Source of the DNA: Bacteroidota bacterium
GTDB taxonomy: Bacteria; Bacteroidota; Bacteroidia; AKYH767-A; 2013-40CM-41-45
DNA: 64,000 nt
Assembly (NCBI GenBank): GCA_043787975.1
Contig: JAYVUK010000007.1
Location: 18,553 to 82,552, forward strand
Direction: 5' to 3'
Part shown: positions 55,269-64,000 of the stretch, piece after piece
Layout of the letters: every line of letters starts with the position of its first letter
Numbering within the stretch: the first letter of the stretch is position 1
Made by a program: the position numbers and the translations under genes
Notes under the pieces: model-generated
What the model was told of the DNA's origin: nothing
Seen by the model: the letters and a program-made list of their open reading frames with translations, nothing else
The model's database searches: none

Positions 55269-56186
55269 TTACGCTCTCGGATGAGCCTGTTTATAAACTT
55301 TCTTTAATTTTTCAATCGTGTTGTGCGTGTATACCTGTGTAGCGCTCAGGTTGGCATGACCCAAAATTTCTTTAATGCTGTTGATATCGGCACCGTGATT
55401 CAGCATGTGCGTTGCAAAGGTGTGACGCAATACGTGGGGACTTTTTTTATCGAGAGTGGTTACCTGGCCCAAACGTTTCGTCACAATCCTGTAAACAAGT
55501 TTCTGGTAAATCGGTTTTCCTTTGTCAGTCACAAAAAGATGGTTGATCGGTTGCGAAAAATTTTCTTTCTTCCTGCCCAGGTATTCATCAATCACATGCC
55601 TGAGTGTATTTGTAAACGGAATGATGCGTTCTTTGTTTCTTTTTCCCAGGACTTTTATCTGGCAGTTAGTCAAATCAATATCGGTTTCTTTGAGGTTCAC
55701 GAGTTCCGTGAGACGCATGCCTGTTGCATAAAATAATTCAAGCATGAGTTTGTCGCGGTCAGCTTCGTATCCTTCTCCAAAATCAACCTGGTCAAAAAGC
55801 AAATCCATTTTCGCTTCATCCACAAAAACAGGAAGCCGTTTGGACGTTTTCGGAGATTGTATTTTCAACATCGGGTTTGTGGTAACCGTTCCGTTGCGAA
55901 TCAAAAATTTGTAAAAAGTTTTTAACGTAGTGATCTTTCGGTTGATGGATCGGGGCGATACTTTTGCTTCCATCATGCTCACAATCCAAGAACGAATCAT
56001 CGGGTGATTCACTTCCGTGATTTCTGTTACCTCGTACGTTTTTTTCTGGTAACTGAAAAACTGATCCAGGTCATTTTCGTACGCCAAAATGGTGTGCGGA
56101 GAAAACCGCTTTTCAAATTTTATGTATTGCAGAAAACGCTGAACGCTCATACGGACAATAAAAAAGAGAGAGAAATCATCCGCCAC
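55269..56186 (-). CDS. xerC: Tyrosine site-specific recombinase XerC/XerD
   Basis: The C-terminal catalytic region is ...LRHTFATHML..GADI..IKEILGHANLSATQVYTH. It lies in the conserved rpsU-xer-hpf context. The start may be the internal Met at about 56150. Confidence 0.85.
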   Translation of the reverse strand: MADDFSLFFIVRMSVQRFLQYIKFEKRFSPHTILAYENDLDQFFSYQKKTYEVTEITEVNHPMIRSWIVSMMEAKVSPRSINRKITTLKTFYKFLIRNGTVTTNPMLKIQSPKTSKRLPVFVDEAKMDLLFDQVDFGEGYEADRDKLMLELFYATGMRLTELVNLKETDIDLTNCQIKVLGKRNKERIIPFTNTLRHVIDEYLGRKKENFSQPINHLFVTDKGKPIYQKLVYRIVTKRLGQVTTLDKKSPHVLRHTFATHMLNHGADINSIKEILGHANLSATQVYTHNTIEKLKKVYKQAHPRA

Positions 56187-56297
56187 AGGCGGAGCAATTT
56201 CTCTCTCTATTGAATTTCTTTGCCAACAAATTTCATGATAACGGTGTTATCAATCGTTGGCTAAAGATACGTTTTATTTCTTCGGAAGTTCGAAGAA

Positions 56298-56492
56298 TTA
56301 TAAAATGCCCTGGCGTCTCAAATCCTGAAGGTAACGCGCATGAATGATTTCCTGGCGTCTTTCAACAGAAGGTTTTTCAAATGCCTGGCGTCTGCGAAGC
56401 TCACGCACAACACCTGTTTTTTCAAATTTTTTCTTGAACTTCTTTAACGCCTTGTCAATCGGTTCGTTTTCTTTAATGGGTACAATAATCAT
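56298..56492 (-). CDS. rpsU: 30S ribosomal protein S21
   Basis: MIIVPIKENEPIDKALKKFKKKFEKTGVVRELRRRQAFEKPS matches S21. The upstream extension in the ORF track is unlikely to be real. Confidence 0.85.
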   Translation of the reverse strand: MIIVPIKENEPIDKALKKFKKKFEKTGVVRELRRRQAFEKPSVERRQEIIHARYLQDLRRQGIL

Positions 56493-56513
56493 GTAGTATC
56501 TTATTTGGGAGTG

Positions 56514-56521
56514 CAAAAATA
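56514..56521 (-). promoter_or_regulatory. Candidate Bacteroidota -7 promoter element (TATTTTTG) for rpsU
   Basis: The minus strand reads TATTTTTGCAC 22 nt upstream of the rpsU ATG. A second TGCAAAAAATAA copy lies about 30 nt further upstream. Confidence 0.3.
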
Positions 56522-56761
56522 AAGATTTTTCTGAAACGTGCAAAAAATAAGGTAACTATATATCACTTTGCACAAAATATTTATTTTTTATTGCTATTTC
56601 TCGTTTTCCAAAGGAACAAAACCATCACGATAACAAATACAGTAAGGGTTACTGCAATATTAATTTTGGCAGCCGAAGGACGTTCCAGGAATGAAGAAAG
56701 TAAAATCATTTCAGAAGAAAAAATTGGAAATAAACACGGCTAAATACATTTTGTATCCCAA

Positions 56762-58681
56762 CTATTCTATAACCAGTCTTTTGGTGATAACCGAGGAATT
56801 GGTCTTTAAAGTAACATAATAGACTCCTGCAGACTTCCCTCCAAGATCAAAGTTTAAAATATCGTTGTTGAAGTTTGAATAGGACTTTTCTATTACTTTC
56901 TTTCCATCCATTGAAAAGAATGAAACCGTTAAGTCTTCAGGTTTTGGAAGAGCGATGTCAAGTGTGACCGTTCCGGTTGAGGGATTCGGATATGCCCTGA
57001 AGAAAACATCTCGTCTGATCTCTTCGACAGGAGTAGAAAATCCAACGGTAAATGACTGACCAATCTGTGTTCCAAAATCGGCTTGAAAGGTTGTGAAAAT
57101 CTGGGTATTTGTTGCGGATCGAATCATGCAATAACCGGCTCCGTCAGTATTCCCGCCAAACGACAACCCATCCTTTCCTGAATCATTCATAGTGAAATTG
57201 TAACATCCGTCTGCAAGACTTATCGTGTCGCGATAAATTGTATTTGCAGTGAGAGGAAGAATCCGCTGCGCGACAATTGCACCACTTTCGTCACGTATCT
57301 TCCAGGTCGTTTCTGAACCGGCATTGTTTGTTCTTAAAAGAACGACAATCTGGTTTGGCATTGTTGCCACATACGCTACATGTGAATACATGGTATCGTT
57401 CGAGGCATAGTCATCATTGCTTCCGTTCGGATTGTTTACAAAAACTTCAAACTCATAGTCATTTCCTGTTGTTGATGTTCCCCAACTGATCGGACCCAGT
57501 GTTACCTGCTGTGTATCTAAAAAATTAAGCGTGCCTGTCCAATTGAATGTATTCATAACTCCTCCTCTGATACCATAATGAATATCAAGACTTGTGAGCT
57601 GGGTTGATCCTGTATTTTTTATGACCACCACGGGATGACTGCAAACCGGGTTAAACCTGTTGTAATTAAAAAAAGTATTCGGAGAAATAATATCATCCAC
57701 CGATGCGTCGAGTATAAAATTCGGAGCGCTGTAAGTAATGAGTTGAGATGATAAATAATAACCGGGATTCTGTCCGGAGACTGCGTTTGTATATGCATCA
57801 AAGTTCATATCCAACATCATCGAATCGCCCGGTGTCATGTATGGAGTAAGGTTATAGGTTTTTATCAATGTCTTTTCTCCCGGACACCAGTTTGCCCGAT
57901 CATAAATCCATGTACCGGCCTGGTGATACAAGGCATTCATTCCACAATCAGTCCTCCATATCTGCTGGTTGAATCGCTGAACTCCGTCTACAAAAATATG
58001 ATAGCTGCGGTTGCAGAACTCTGCGCAATTACTTGTTCCCGCACCATGACCTGAAGGAATGATGCGCATCATCGCCATTTTTTCGGCAGTGTCTGTATCA
58101 AATGTAATCGGTGGAAAATGATTTTCAATCGGATCACCTGTATTGCCATACGAAAAATAATTTGCGCCGTCACTGTAAATGTTGCGAACGCGAAGAGGAG
58201 TTCTCGGAGGTATTCCTTCAATCATCTGAAAGTTAAGCGAGAGTGCAAAGCCATCTGACCATCCGTCATAGAACGCACGCAGTTCCACTGAATCACGAAG
58301 TATGTCCTGGTAATCGGTCACATCAAAAACCCAGGTGTTGCTCCAGGTTTGTCCGTAATTGCCGCCATATGGAGTCATGCATCGTGCAAGTTCTATTTTT
58401 TCAATTGTATCATTCAACCCTCCTGTATGATGCAAAGCTTCCACCGTAACAGTATAATCCCACCCACTGCAAGCCGGAAAAGGACAGCCCAACTTAAAAT
58501 CAAGTAATACTTTCCGAAAGGTTGTACCTGATCCAGGGAAAATTCCCCAGACCTTGTACTCACCATGGCTGCCCATGTGAACAGTGTCGTGCGCCTGCAC
58601 AAAAGTAGTATCTCCGATACTTGCAACAGTACTAAATTTCAGGAGGAATAAAGCAACAAACGGAAGTAGTAATTTTTTCAT
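56762..58681 (-). CDS. Secreted protein with a T9SS C-terminal sorting domain; catalytic region of unknown function
   Basis: It has the signal MKKLLLPFVALFLLKF and a C-terminal Por secretion tail (...AYPNPSTGTVTLD...GVYYVTLKT...RLVIE). Confidence 0.65.
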   Translation of the reverse strand: MKKLLLPFVALFLLKFSTVASIGDTTFVQAHDTVHMGSHGEYKVWGIFPGSGTTFRKVLLDFKLGCPFPACSGWDYTVTVEALHHTGGLNDTIEKIELARCMTPYGGNYGQTWSNTWVFDVTDYQDILRDSVELRAFYDGWSDGFALSLNFQMIEGIPPRTPLRVRNIYSDGANYFSYGNTGDPIENHFPPITFDTDTAEKMAMMRIIPSGHGAGTSNCAEFCNRSYHIFVDGVQRFNQQIWRTDCGMNALYHQAGTWIYDRANWCPGEKTLIKTYNLTPYMTPGDSMMLDMNFDAYTNAVSGQNPGYYLSSQLITYSAPNFILDASVDDIISPNTFFNYNRFNPVCSHPVVVIKNTGSTQLTSLDIHYGIRGGVMNTFNWTGTLNFLDTQQVTLGPISWGTSTTGNDYEFEVFVNNPNGSNDDYASNDTMYSHVAYVATMPNQIVVLLRTNNAGSETTWKIRDESGAIVAQRILPLTANTIYRDTISLADGCYNFTMNDSGKDGLSFGGNTDGAGYCMIRSATNTQIFTTFQADFGTQIGQSFTVGFSTPVEEIRRDVFFRAYPNPSTGTVTLDIALPKPEDLTVSFFSMDGKKVIEKSYSNFNNDILNFDLGGKSAGVYYVTLKTNSSVITKRLVIE

Positions 58682-58938
58682 CGAATAATTTTTATGAGAA
58701 ATCATTTTGTTCTATCTCAGTTTACAAAAGTAAATTAAATAAAACAGAGTTGTTTTTTATGTTTCACAAAAACAAAACTGTCAGGGTTTTTCTTCTTTAA
58801 CATTTAACAACATTTATAAAAACATTAACTTCTTATTAATACAACCCTATTGGGTGTTATGCTTAGTTTTATCAACGGAGAAAAACAAAGCACTGATTCA
58901 TAAACTAAATCACACAACTAAATCACAAAACTTTTTCT

Positions 58939-61377
58939 ATGAAATACACTTTTACCTGTTTCCTGTTTTTAGTTTCCTCCCTCCTGTTTGGCAGTGATTC
59001 AACCAAGGTTTGCATGGCTTCAAGGGTTGCTGTCGCCCCAAAGATTGACGGAATACTGGATGATGAATCCTGGTCGAAAGCAATCCCTGTAAATGACTTT
59101 GTGATGAACCGACCAAAAGAAGGTGGTGTACCAACTCACCAGATGGAAGTGAAGGTGGTGTATGATAATTATGCCGTGTATGTGGGAGCGATGATGTACG
59201 ATAATCATCCTGACAGCATCTTGCATGAATTAGGAAACCGTGATGACAATGATTTGAATGCCGATGGTTTTCGGTTTGTCATTGACCCGTACAATAAGCG
59301 ACAAGATGCATTTGATTTTGGTGTATCGGCAGCAGGAGTGCAGGCTGATTCAAAATTCAGCGACGGAATTTTTAATGCGGTTTGGGAAAGCGCCGTAAAG
59401 ATTACGGACAAAGGCTGGAGTGTGGAAATGAAAATACCGTACTCCGCCATTCGGTTTCCGAAAAAAGCTGTACAGGAATGGGCTGTTCAATTTACGCGTT
59501 ACATCCGCAGAACACGCGAATTTGACCAATGGTCGCTTACACCATCAACTGCTGCAAACTCTCAGGTATATTGGGGAACGTTGAAGGGAATTGAAAATAT
59601 TGAAACTCCATTACGCCTTTCAATCACTCCGTACGCATCTTTTTATGCTGAACGTTCTCCTGATTTTTTATCAGACGGATCATACCAGTATTCAAATTCC
59701 TATTCCTATAACTATGGTGCGGATTTGAAATACGGAATTGATGATCGCTTCACACTTGACATGACGCTACTTCCTGATTTCGGACAGACACAATCAGATA
59801 ACAAAATAAAAAACCTCAGCTACCGCGAAATCAATTACAATGAGAATCGTTCATTCTTTAAAGAGGGAACAGATATCTTTTCCAAGAACGGCTTGTTTTA
59901 TACACGACGTATCGGCAAAACCCCTTCGCTGTTCTACTCTGTTCCGTATTCATTACAGGAAGGTGAAGAGTTAGAAGAAAATCCTTCTGAAGTCAAGTTG
60001 CTGAATGCTTTTAAAATTTCCGGTCGTAATAACAACGGACTTGGTATCGGACTATTCAATGCTGTTACAAATAACATGTATGCAAGAATCAAGGAAGCAG
60101 ACGGATCAGAGCGCAAAATATTAACAGAGCCGTTAACCAACTATAACGTGTTAGTCGTCGATCAGCAGATCAATAATTATTCGAAAGTGTATGCGATGAA
60201 CACAAGCGTAATACGAGACAGGAAATTCAGCAACTCAGATGTCAGTCTTGTCGGATTTACACTTGCGGATAAAAAAAACAAATTTGCAACAGACGGATAT
60301 TTTGCGATGAGCCAAACGTTCACGAAGAATGATACGTCCGATGTTCTTCAAACTACGTTAGGTAACAAATATTTTTTCGGCTTGCGAAAAATCAGTGGAG
60401 TTTATCAATACGGAATCAGTGAAGCTCAGGTTTCTGATACATACAATCAACTTGATCTTGGCTATTATACCAATCAAAACTATGCAAACACACGGGCGTA
60501 TTTTACGTACTATCTTTTTCAGCCGTGGAAAATGTTCCGGGAAGGCAATGTGAATTTTGCGGTGGATTACACGATCAATCCCGTCACCAAAGAAAGAACC
60601 TTGTTTGAATTGTATCTTGATGCCTTTGCAAACCTGTTAAGTTACAACGCTGTTTTTTTTGGAGGAGGATTGGTTCCTGTTGGAGGATTGGATTATTATG
60701 AACCGCGAATTCCCGGGCGGTTTAACAAAACTCAACGTATCTGGTATGCGTATGTTGGCGTGAGCAGTGATTACAGGAAACGTTTTGCGATTGATCTTAA
60801 TTTTAACCCGAGTAATTTCATGGACAGGTTTGTTGCCGAAGGTTATAGCCTGAGCACTACTTTAAGGTATCGTTTCACGGATAAATTTACGTTGAAATTC
60901 ACCAACAGCTACAATTATGATCCTTATAATTTCGGCGTAGCAGATTACTCTGATCCTGATCACATCATCTTTGGGTTACGCATACTCCACACGTATGAAA
61001 ATGTCCTTTCCGGGAAATTTATTTTCAAGAATGACATGGCACTTACATTAAATGCACGACATTATTGGGCTACAGGAAACTACAGGAAGTATCTTGATTT
61101 ACAAAGTGACGGAGATTACACCGACAACACAACCTATAACTATAACAACAACTTTAACTATAATGTTTTTAATATAGATTTTGTGTATTCATGGCAGTTT
61201 GCGCCGGGAAGTAATTTATCCGTCGTATATAAGAATGCGATCGAAACGCAAACCGACCAGATACGGGAAAACCTATATGGTGATTTTAAAACAACCCTGA
61301 GAGCACCTCAGCTCAATAGTATTTCCATTAAGATTTTGTACTATCTTGACTATTCTTCGATCAAGAGAAAAGCGTGA
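58939..61377 (+). CDS. DUF5916-family protein with an N-terminal CBM9-like domain
   Basis: It has a signal peptide and AVAPKIDGILDDESWSKA, a CBM9-like start. It is 812 aa and rich in Tyr/Asn. Confidence 0.55.
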   Translation: MKYTFTCFLFLVSSLLFGSDSTKVCMASRVAVAPKIDGILDDESWSKAIPVNDFVMNRPKEGGVPTHQMEVKVVYDNYAVYVGAMMYDNHPDSILHELGNRDDNDLNADGFRFVIDPYNKRQDAFDFGVSAAGVQADSKFSDGIFNAVWESAVKITDKGWSVEMKIPYSAIRFPKKAVQEWAVQFTRYIRRTREFDQWSLTPSTAANSQVYWGTLKGIENIETPLRLSITPYASFYAERSPDFLSDGSYQYSNSYSYNYGADLKYGIDDRFTLDMTLLPDFGQTQSDNKIKNLSYREINYNENRSFFKEGTDIFSKNGLFYTRRIGKTPSLFYSVPYSLQEGEELEENPSEVKLLNAFKISGRNNNGLGIGLFNAVTNNMYARIKEADGSERKILTEPLTNYNVLVVDQQINNYSKVYAMNTSVIRDRKFSNSDVSLVGFTLADKKNKFATDGYFAMSQTFTKNDTSDVLQTTLGNKYFFGLRKISGVYQYGISEAQVSDTYNQLDLGYYTNQNYANTRAYFTYYLFQPWKMFREGNVNFAVDYTINPVTKERTLFELYLDAFANLLSYNAVFFGGGLVPVGGLDYYEPRIPGRFNKTQRIWYAYVGVSSDYRKRFAIDLNFNPSNFMDRFVAEGYSLSTTLRYRFTDKFTLKFTNSYNYDPYNFGVADYSDPDHIIFGLRILHTYENVLSGKFIFKNDMALTLNARHYWATGNYRKYLDLQSDGDYTDNTTYNYNNNFNYNVFNIDFVYSWQFAPGSNLSVVYKNAIETQTDQIRENLYGDFKTTLRAPQLNSISIKILYYLDYSSIKRKA

Positions 61378-61642
61378 CATCTACGGGTAACGAATCAATG
61401 CGAGTATACAAATGGAGTCGAGCCCGTATTTAACATCCACTCAACAATCCTTCAATGAGGTTCTTTAATGAATAAAATGCACCTGTCCTTTTCATGTGGA
61501 AGCTGATTCAGTATATTTTTATAGAAAGTAAAAAGAGGTACTGTGGCAGAAGAGTTTTCCATGGCTTGATACAAACCATGATTGTCGAACAACTGTCAAT
61601 CTCTGCGAAACCAAAAAACAGTAATGTGTTGCTGTTCGCTTT

Positions 61643-62197
61643 TCAAATCTGAGGAGTGATCGAAAGTTTTGAAATATCAAACCCTTCTTGATTTAATCTT
61701 GAAATTATATTTTTATAAACACCCTGATACAACTTTGAAGTTCTTGAAAGAATCCATAAATATTTTTTATTCGGATGGCAAACCACGGCATAACTGTAAT
61801 CATCTGCTAAATCAATGATCCAGTATTTTCCTTTAAAGGGCCAGAAAAATTGAACCTTAAGTTTAGAATTGTTTGAACCTTTATCAACAAATGCTTTTCC
61901 TTTAATTGAAATTTCCTTTCCGCTTACACTATCCTTTCTGCATCTGTTCAAAACAATTACATATCCTTTTTCGGTGAGTGTATATTCAGCAGTTGTGCAG
62001 TGGCAACCTTTCTGAAATCGTTGAGGGTAAGAAGCAATTTCATACCATTTACCTGCGTATTTCTTCAGGTCAACAGCCGGAACTGTTTGTAAAGTTTGTG
62101 CTTTTGATGCAGTGATCATAAGAAGAGAATTTAGGATGACAAAAAGGAAGCACTCTAAAGATATGCTTTCATCAGAATAAGGAATTAACTGTCTCAT
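61643..62197 (-). CDS. blc: Bacterial lipocalin (Blc-like)
   Basis: The lipocalin SCR1 motif is DLKKYAGKWYEIASYP, and the later segments YWIIDLADDYSYAVV and LWILSR are also present. The start was chosen at MRQLIPY. Confidence 0.7.
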   Translation of the reverse strand: MRQLIPYSDESISLECFLFVILNSLLMITASKAQTLQTVPAVDLKKYAGKWYEIASYPQRFQKGCHCTTAEYTLTEKGYVIVLNRCRKDSVSGKEISIKGKAFVDKGSNNSKLKVQFFWPFKGKYWIIDLADDYSYAVVCHPNKKYLWILSRTSKLYQGVYKNIISRLNQEGFDISKLSITPQI

Positions 62198-62879
62198 GAT
62201 TTTTAGATCTAAAATATTCATAAAAAAAAACATTCAGCATAATAAGTTCGAAGCCATAAACAACATCTTCAATAGGAATTGTGAATAACCGTATTCCTAA
62301 ATTCTCAGCATTGTTATACCAAACAACAGGTTCCTGTAACCCGCTTCCTGTCAATATTCCATTCACAACAAAAAACGGAATCAATAAAACAGGATAAACA
62401 CAAATAAAATTACCAAACCATTTTATTTTAAAAACAAATTTCATGGTAGCCAGCAAAAGTGCAGTACTAATAAAAGTAAAAGAAGTATAAATATGTTGAA
62501 ACTGAATGAGCCCGATTCCCAAGAGCAAAACAATTAAAGCAATGCAAACGATGTTTTCATGTTTTTCATTCTGTTGCAAATCAAAAAAGAGACCCAGGCA
62601 ATGGTATGTGAAAACACAGGCAAAAGGAATGCAGATAAAAAAAAGAACTTCTTCGATCGGAAGATTGAAAAAATAAACTCCTGATGTATAACCTGTATTG
62701 AATCCCCACACTTTCCGCTGTGTAAAGACCGCATCCCAAATCAGAAAAACAAAAGCAGCAATGAAGTTAGCGGGCCAAAAATATTTCCACTCTTTGTAAA
62801 ATTTTATCTTCGGATGAAAAGAAAATAAAAAAGGAACAAGCAGAGAACCCACGTTGATGAACAGATAAAGAAATTTCAT
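62172..62879 (-). CDS. crtY: Lycopene cyclase domain protein (CrtYcd-type)
   Basis: It is polytopic with tandem lycopene-cyclase-domain repeats, starts at MKFLYLF and overlaps blc. Confidence 0.65.
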   Translation of the reverse strand: MKFLYLFINVGSLLVPFLFSFHPKIKFYKEWKYFWPANFIAAFVFLIWDAVFTQRKVWGFNTGYTSGVYFFNLPIEEVLFFICIPFACVFTYHCLGLFFDLQQNEKHENIVCIALIVLLLGIGLIQFQHIYTSFTFISTALLLATMKFVFKIKWFGNFICVYPVLLIPFFVVNGILTGSGLQEPVVWYNNAENLGIRLFTIPIEDVVYGFELIMLNVFFYEYFRSKNHETVNSLF

Positions 62880-62892
62880 TGTAAGTTGCTGA

Positions 62893-63357
62893 TTATTGTT
62901 GGTTGAAATATTTAAAAGGGATCCACAGCATTCCAAAACATTCTCCTTCTTCCTTGCCGAGATGTTTGTGATGCATCTTGTGCGCCCTCCTGATGGCTTT
63001 CAAATAAACATTATCCGTATTTCTGAAAAGTTTAAACCGCTGGTGGATTACAATATCATGCACTAAAAAATAAGCCACACCATAGCTTGTAATTCCCAAT
63101 CCTATCCAAAAAAGAAAATCAAAACCCTTTTTCATCCCGAAAAACAATCCTGCAATACCGGGAATGGCAAAAATGAGAAAGAAGAAATCGTTGTCTTCAA
63201 AAAAACCTCTTGATTCCTTTTTATGATGATCCTTGTGCAATCGCCAAAGTAATCCATGCATCACGTACTTATGAGTAAGCCATGCAACACACTCCATGCT
63301 TATGAATGCAGCAAGAGCTATAAGTGAATTTAAAAAGGCGTTTTCCATTTTATGCAA
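62893..63357 (-). CDS. crtZ: Beta-carotene hydroxylase (fatty acid hydroxylase superfamily)
   Basis: It has the His boxes HKDHH, HDIVIHQR and HKMHHKH. Confidence 0.75.
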   Translation of the reverse strand: MHKMENAFLNSLIALAAFISMECVAWLTHKYVMHGLLWRLHKDHHKKESRGFFEDNDFFFLIFAIPGIAGLFFGMKKGFDFLFWIGLGITSYGVAYFLVHDIVIHQRFKLFRNTDNVYLKAIRRAHKMHHKHLGKEEGECFGMLWIPFKYFNQQ

Positions 63358-63802
63358 ATAAACTGTTTAATATTTTTCTCCTGTATTCAAAAATTTTTTC
63401 AATCTTTTTCCGTACAGAAAATTTGTTCATCAATTTTCCAATGAAACCAAGTGGAAGTTTATAAACAATTTCATCCTTCATAAGAACTCCGTTATCTTGA
63501 ACCGCAAATGTATGTGTGTGTTCCCAAATTTTGTATGGACCTTTCAATTGCTTGTCTGTAAAGAAACTGTGCATGGATGTTTTCCCAATTTCAGTTTTCC
63601 ATTTCAATGGAATTCCAAATAGCGGTTTGACTGTATAATCGATTTGCTGTCCTTGAAATATTCCTGTCTTCTCTACTTTTGAGAGAATTTTAAAATCCAA
63701 TTCAGGTGGAGTTATTAATGCAAGATTTTTAGGTGATGAAAAAAAATCCCATGCTTCGCCAATGGAGATTGGCAAAAATTGTTCAGTACTGTATTTGTGC
63801 AT
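63350..63802 (-). CDS. SRPBCC (Bet v1/START-like) ligand-binding domain protein
   Basis: It is 150 aa. The family call comes from the overall sequence pattern and is tentative. It overlaps the crtZ start. Confidence 0.5.
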   Translation of the reverse strand: MHKYSTEQFLPISIGEAWDFFSSPKNLALITPPELDFKILSKVEKTGIFQGQQIDYTVKPLFGIPLKWKTEIGKTSMHSFFTDKQLKGPYKIWEHTHTFAVQDNGVLMKDEIVYKLPLGFIGKLMNKFSVRKKIEKIFEYRRKILNSLFA

Positions 63803-64000
63803 AGTTAATAGCTTCTGTTTTGTTATTTATTATTATTTTATTTTCAAGATGACGAATAACTTTATTGAAACAAATCTTCAACCATGCAGTGTAATGATGC
63901 TGGTTTTGTTTCAAATCATTTTCAAGAAGTTTAAGGTTCATGTATTTCCAATTTTTAACCTCTGACTTCTCGGGGTTTGGCAAATCATCCGTTACTCCGA
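63783..64000 (-). CDS. 3' end of a gene that continues past the window edge; unknown product
   Basis: The frame is open to the window end. Only the C-terminal ~70 aa are visible. Confidence 0.3.
   Translation of the reverse strand, partial: GVTDDLPNPEKSEVKNWKYMNLKLLENDLKQNQHHYTAWLKICFNKVIRHLENKIIINNKTEAINYAQIQY

Noticed and set aside
55269-56186. Tyrosine recombinase as a marker of an integrated mobile element
   Set aside because: It sits in the conserved Bacteroidota rpsU-xerC/D-hpf housekeeping arrangement with no flanking repeats or cargo, so it is a chromosome dimer resolution recombinase rather than a phage or ICE integrase.

Overview
This 64 kb window is a Bacteroidota-type chromosomal segment, judged from two type IX secretion (T9SS) C-terminal-domain cargo proteins, DUF4290 and DUF1569 proteins, the rpsU-xerC-hpf arrangement, TAnnTTTG promoter motifs and AT-rich coding. 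Most of it is housekeeping: lnt, lpdA, hemH, pabB-like, tilS, pyrC, alaS, carA, pcrA/uvrD, iscS-like, glmM, dsbD, hpf, xerC/D and rpsU. Interspersed are a LemA-TPM-TPM triad, an ABC transporter with a PF04392-type binding protein, and a tandem universal stress protein. One tRNA-Lys(UUU) gene lies directly next to a HigB/HigA toxin-antitoxin pair. A carotenoid (zeaxanthin-type) operon fused to a lipocalin gene sits at the 3' end. The best candidate for an undescribed system is an AT-rich island at about 21.4-23.7 kb. It holds an orphan receiver-domain response regulator, a 65-aa peptide with a signal sequence, and a divergently transcribed 515-aa all-helical protein; together these look like a possible peptide-signal and helical-receptor module. 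Separately, nearly every intergenic spacer is built from short words (GTTTAC, CCAACTTC, TACGAAT, GAACCA, ATTCACT, GAATCAAG) repeated in direct and inverted orientation. These include an 18-bp perfect inverted-repeat element present twice, flanking pcrA-DUF4290, and a tandem 62-bp hairpin repeat. No CRISPR array or rRNA gene was seen.
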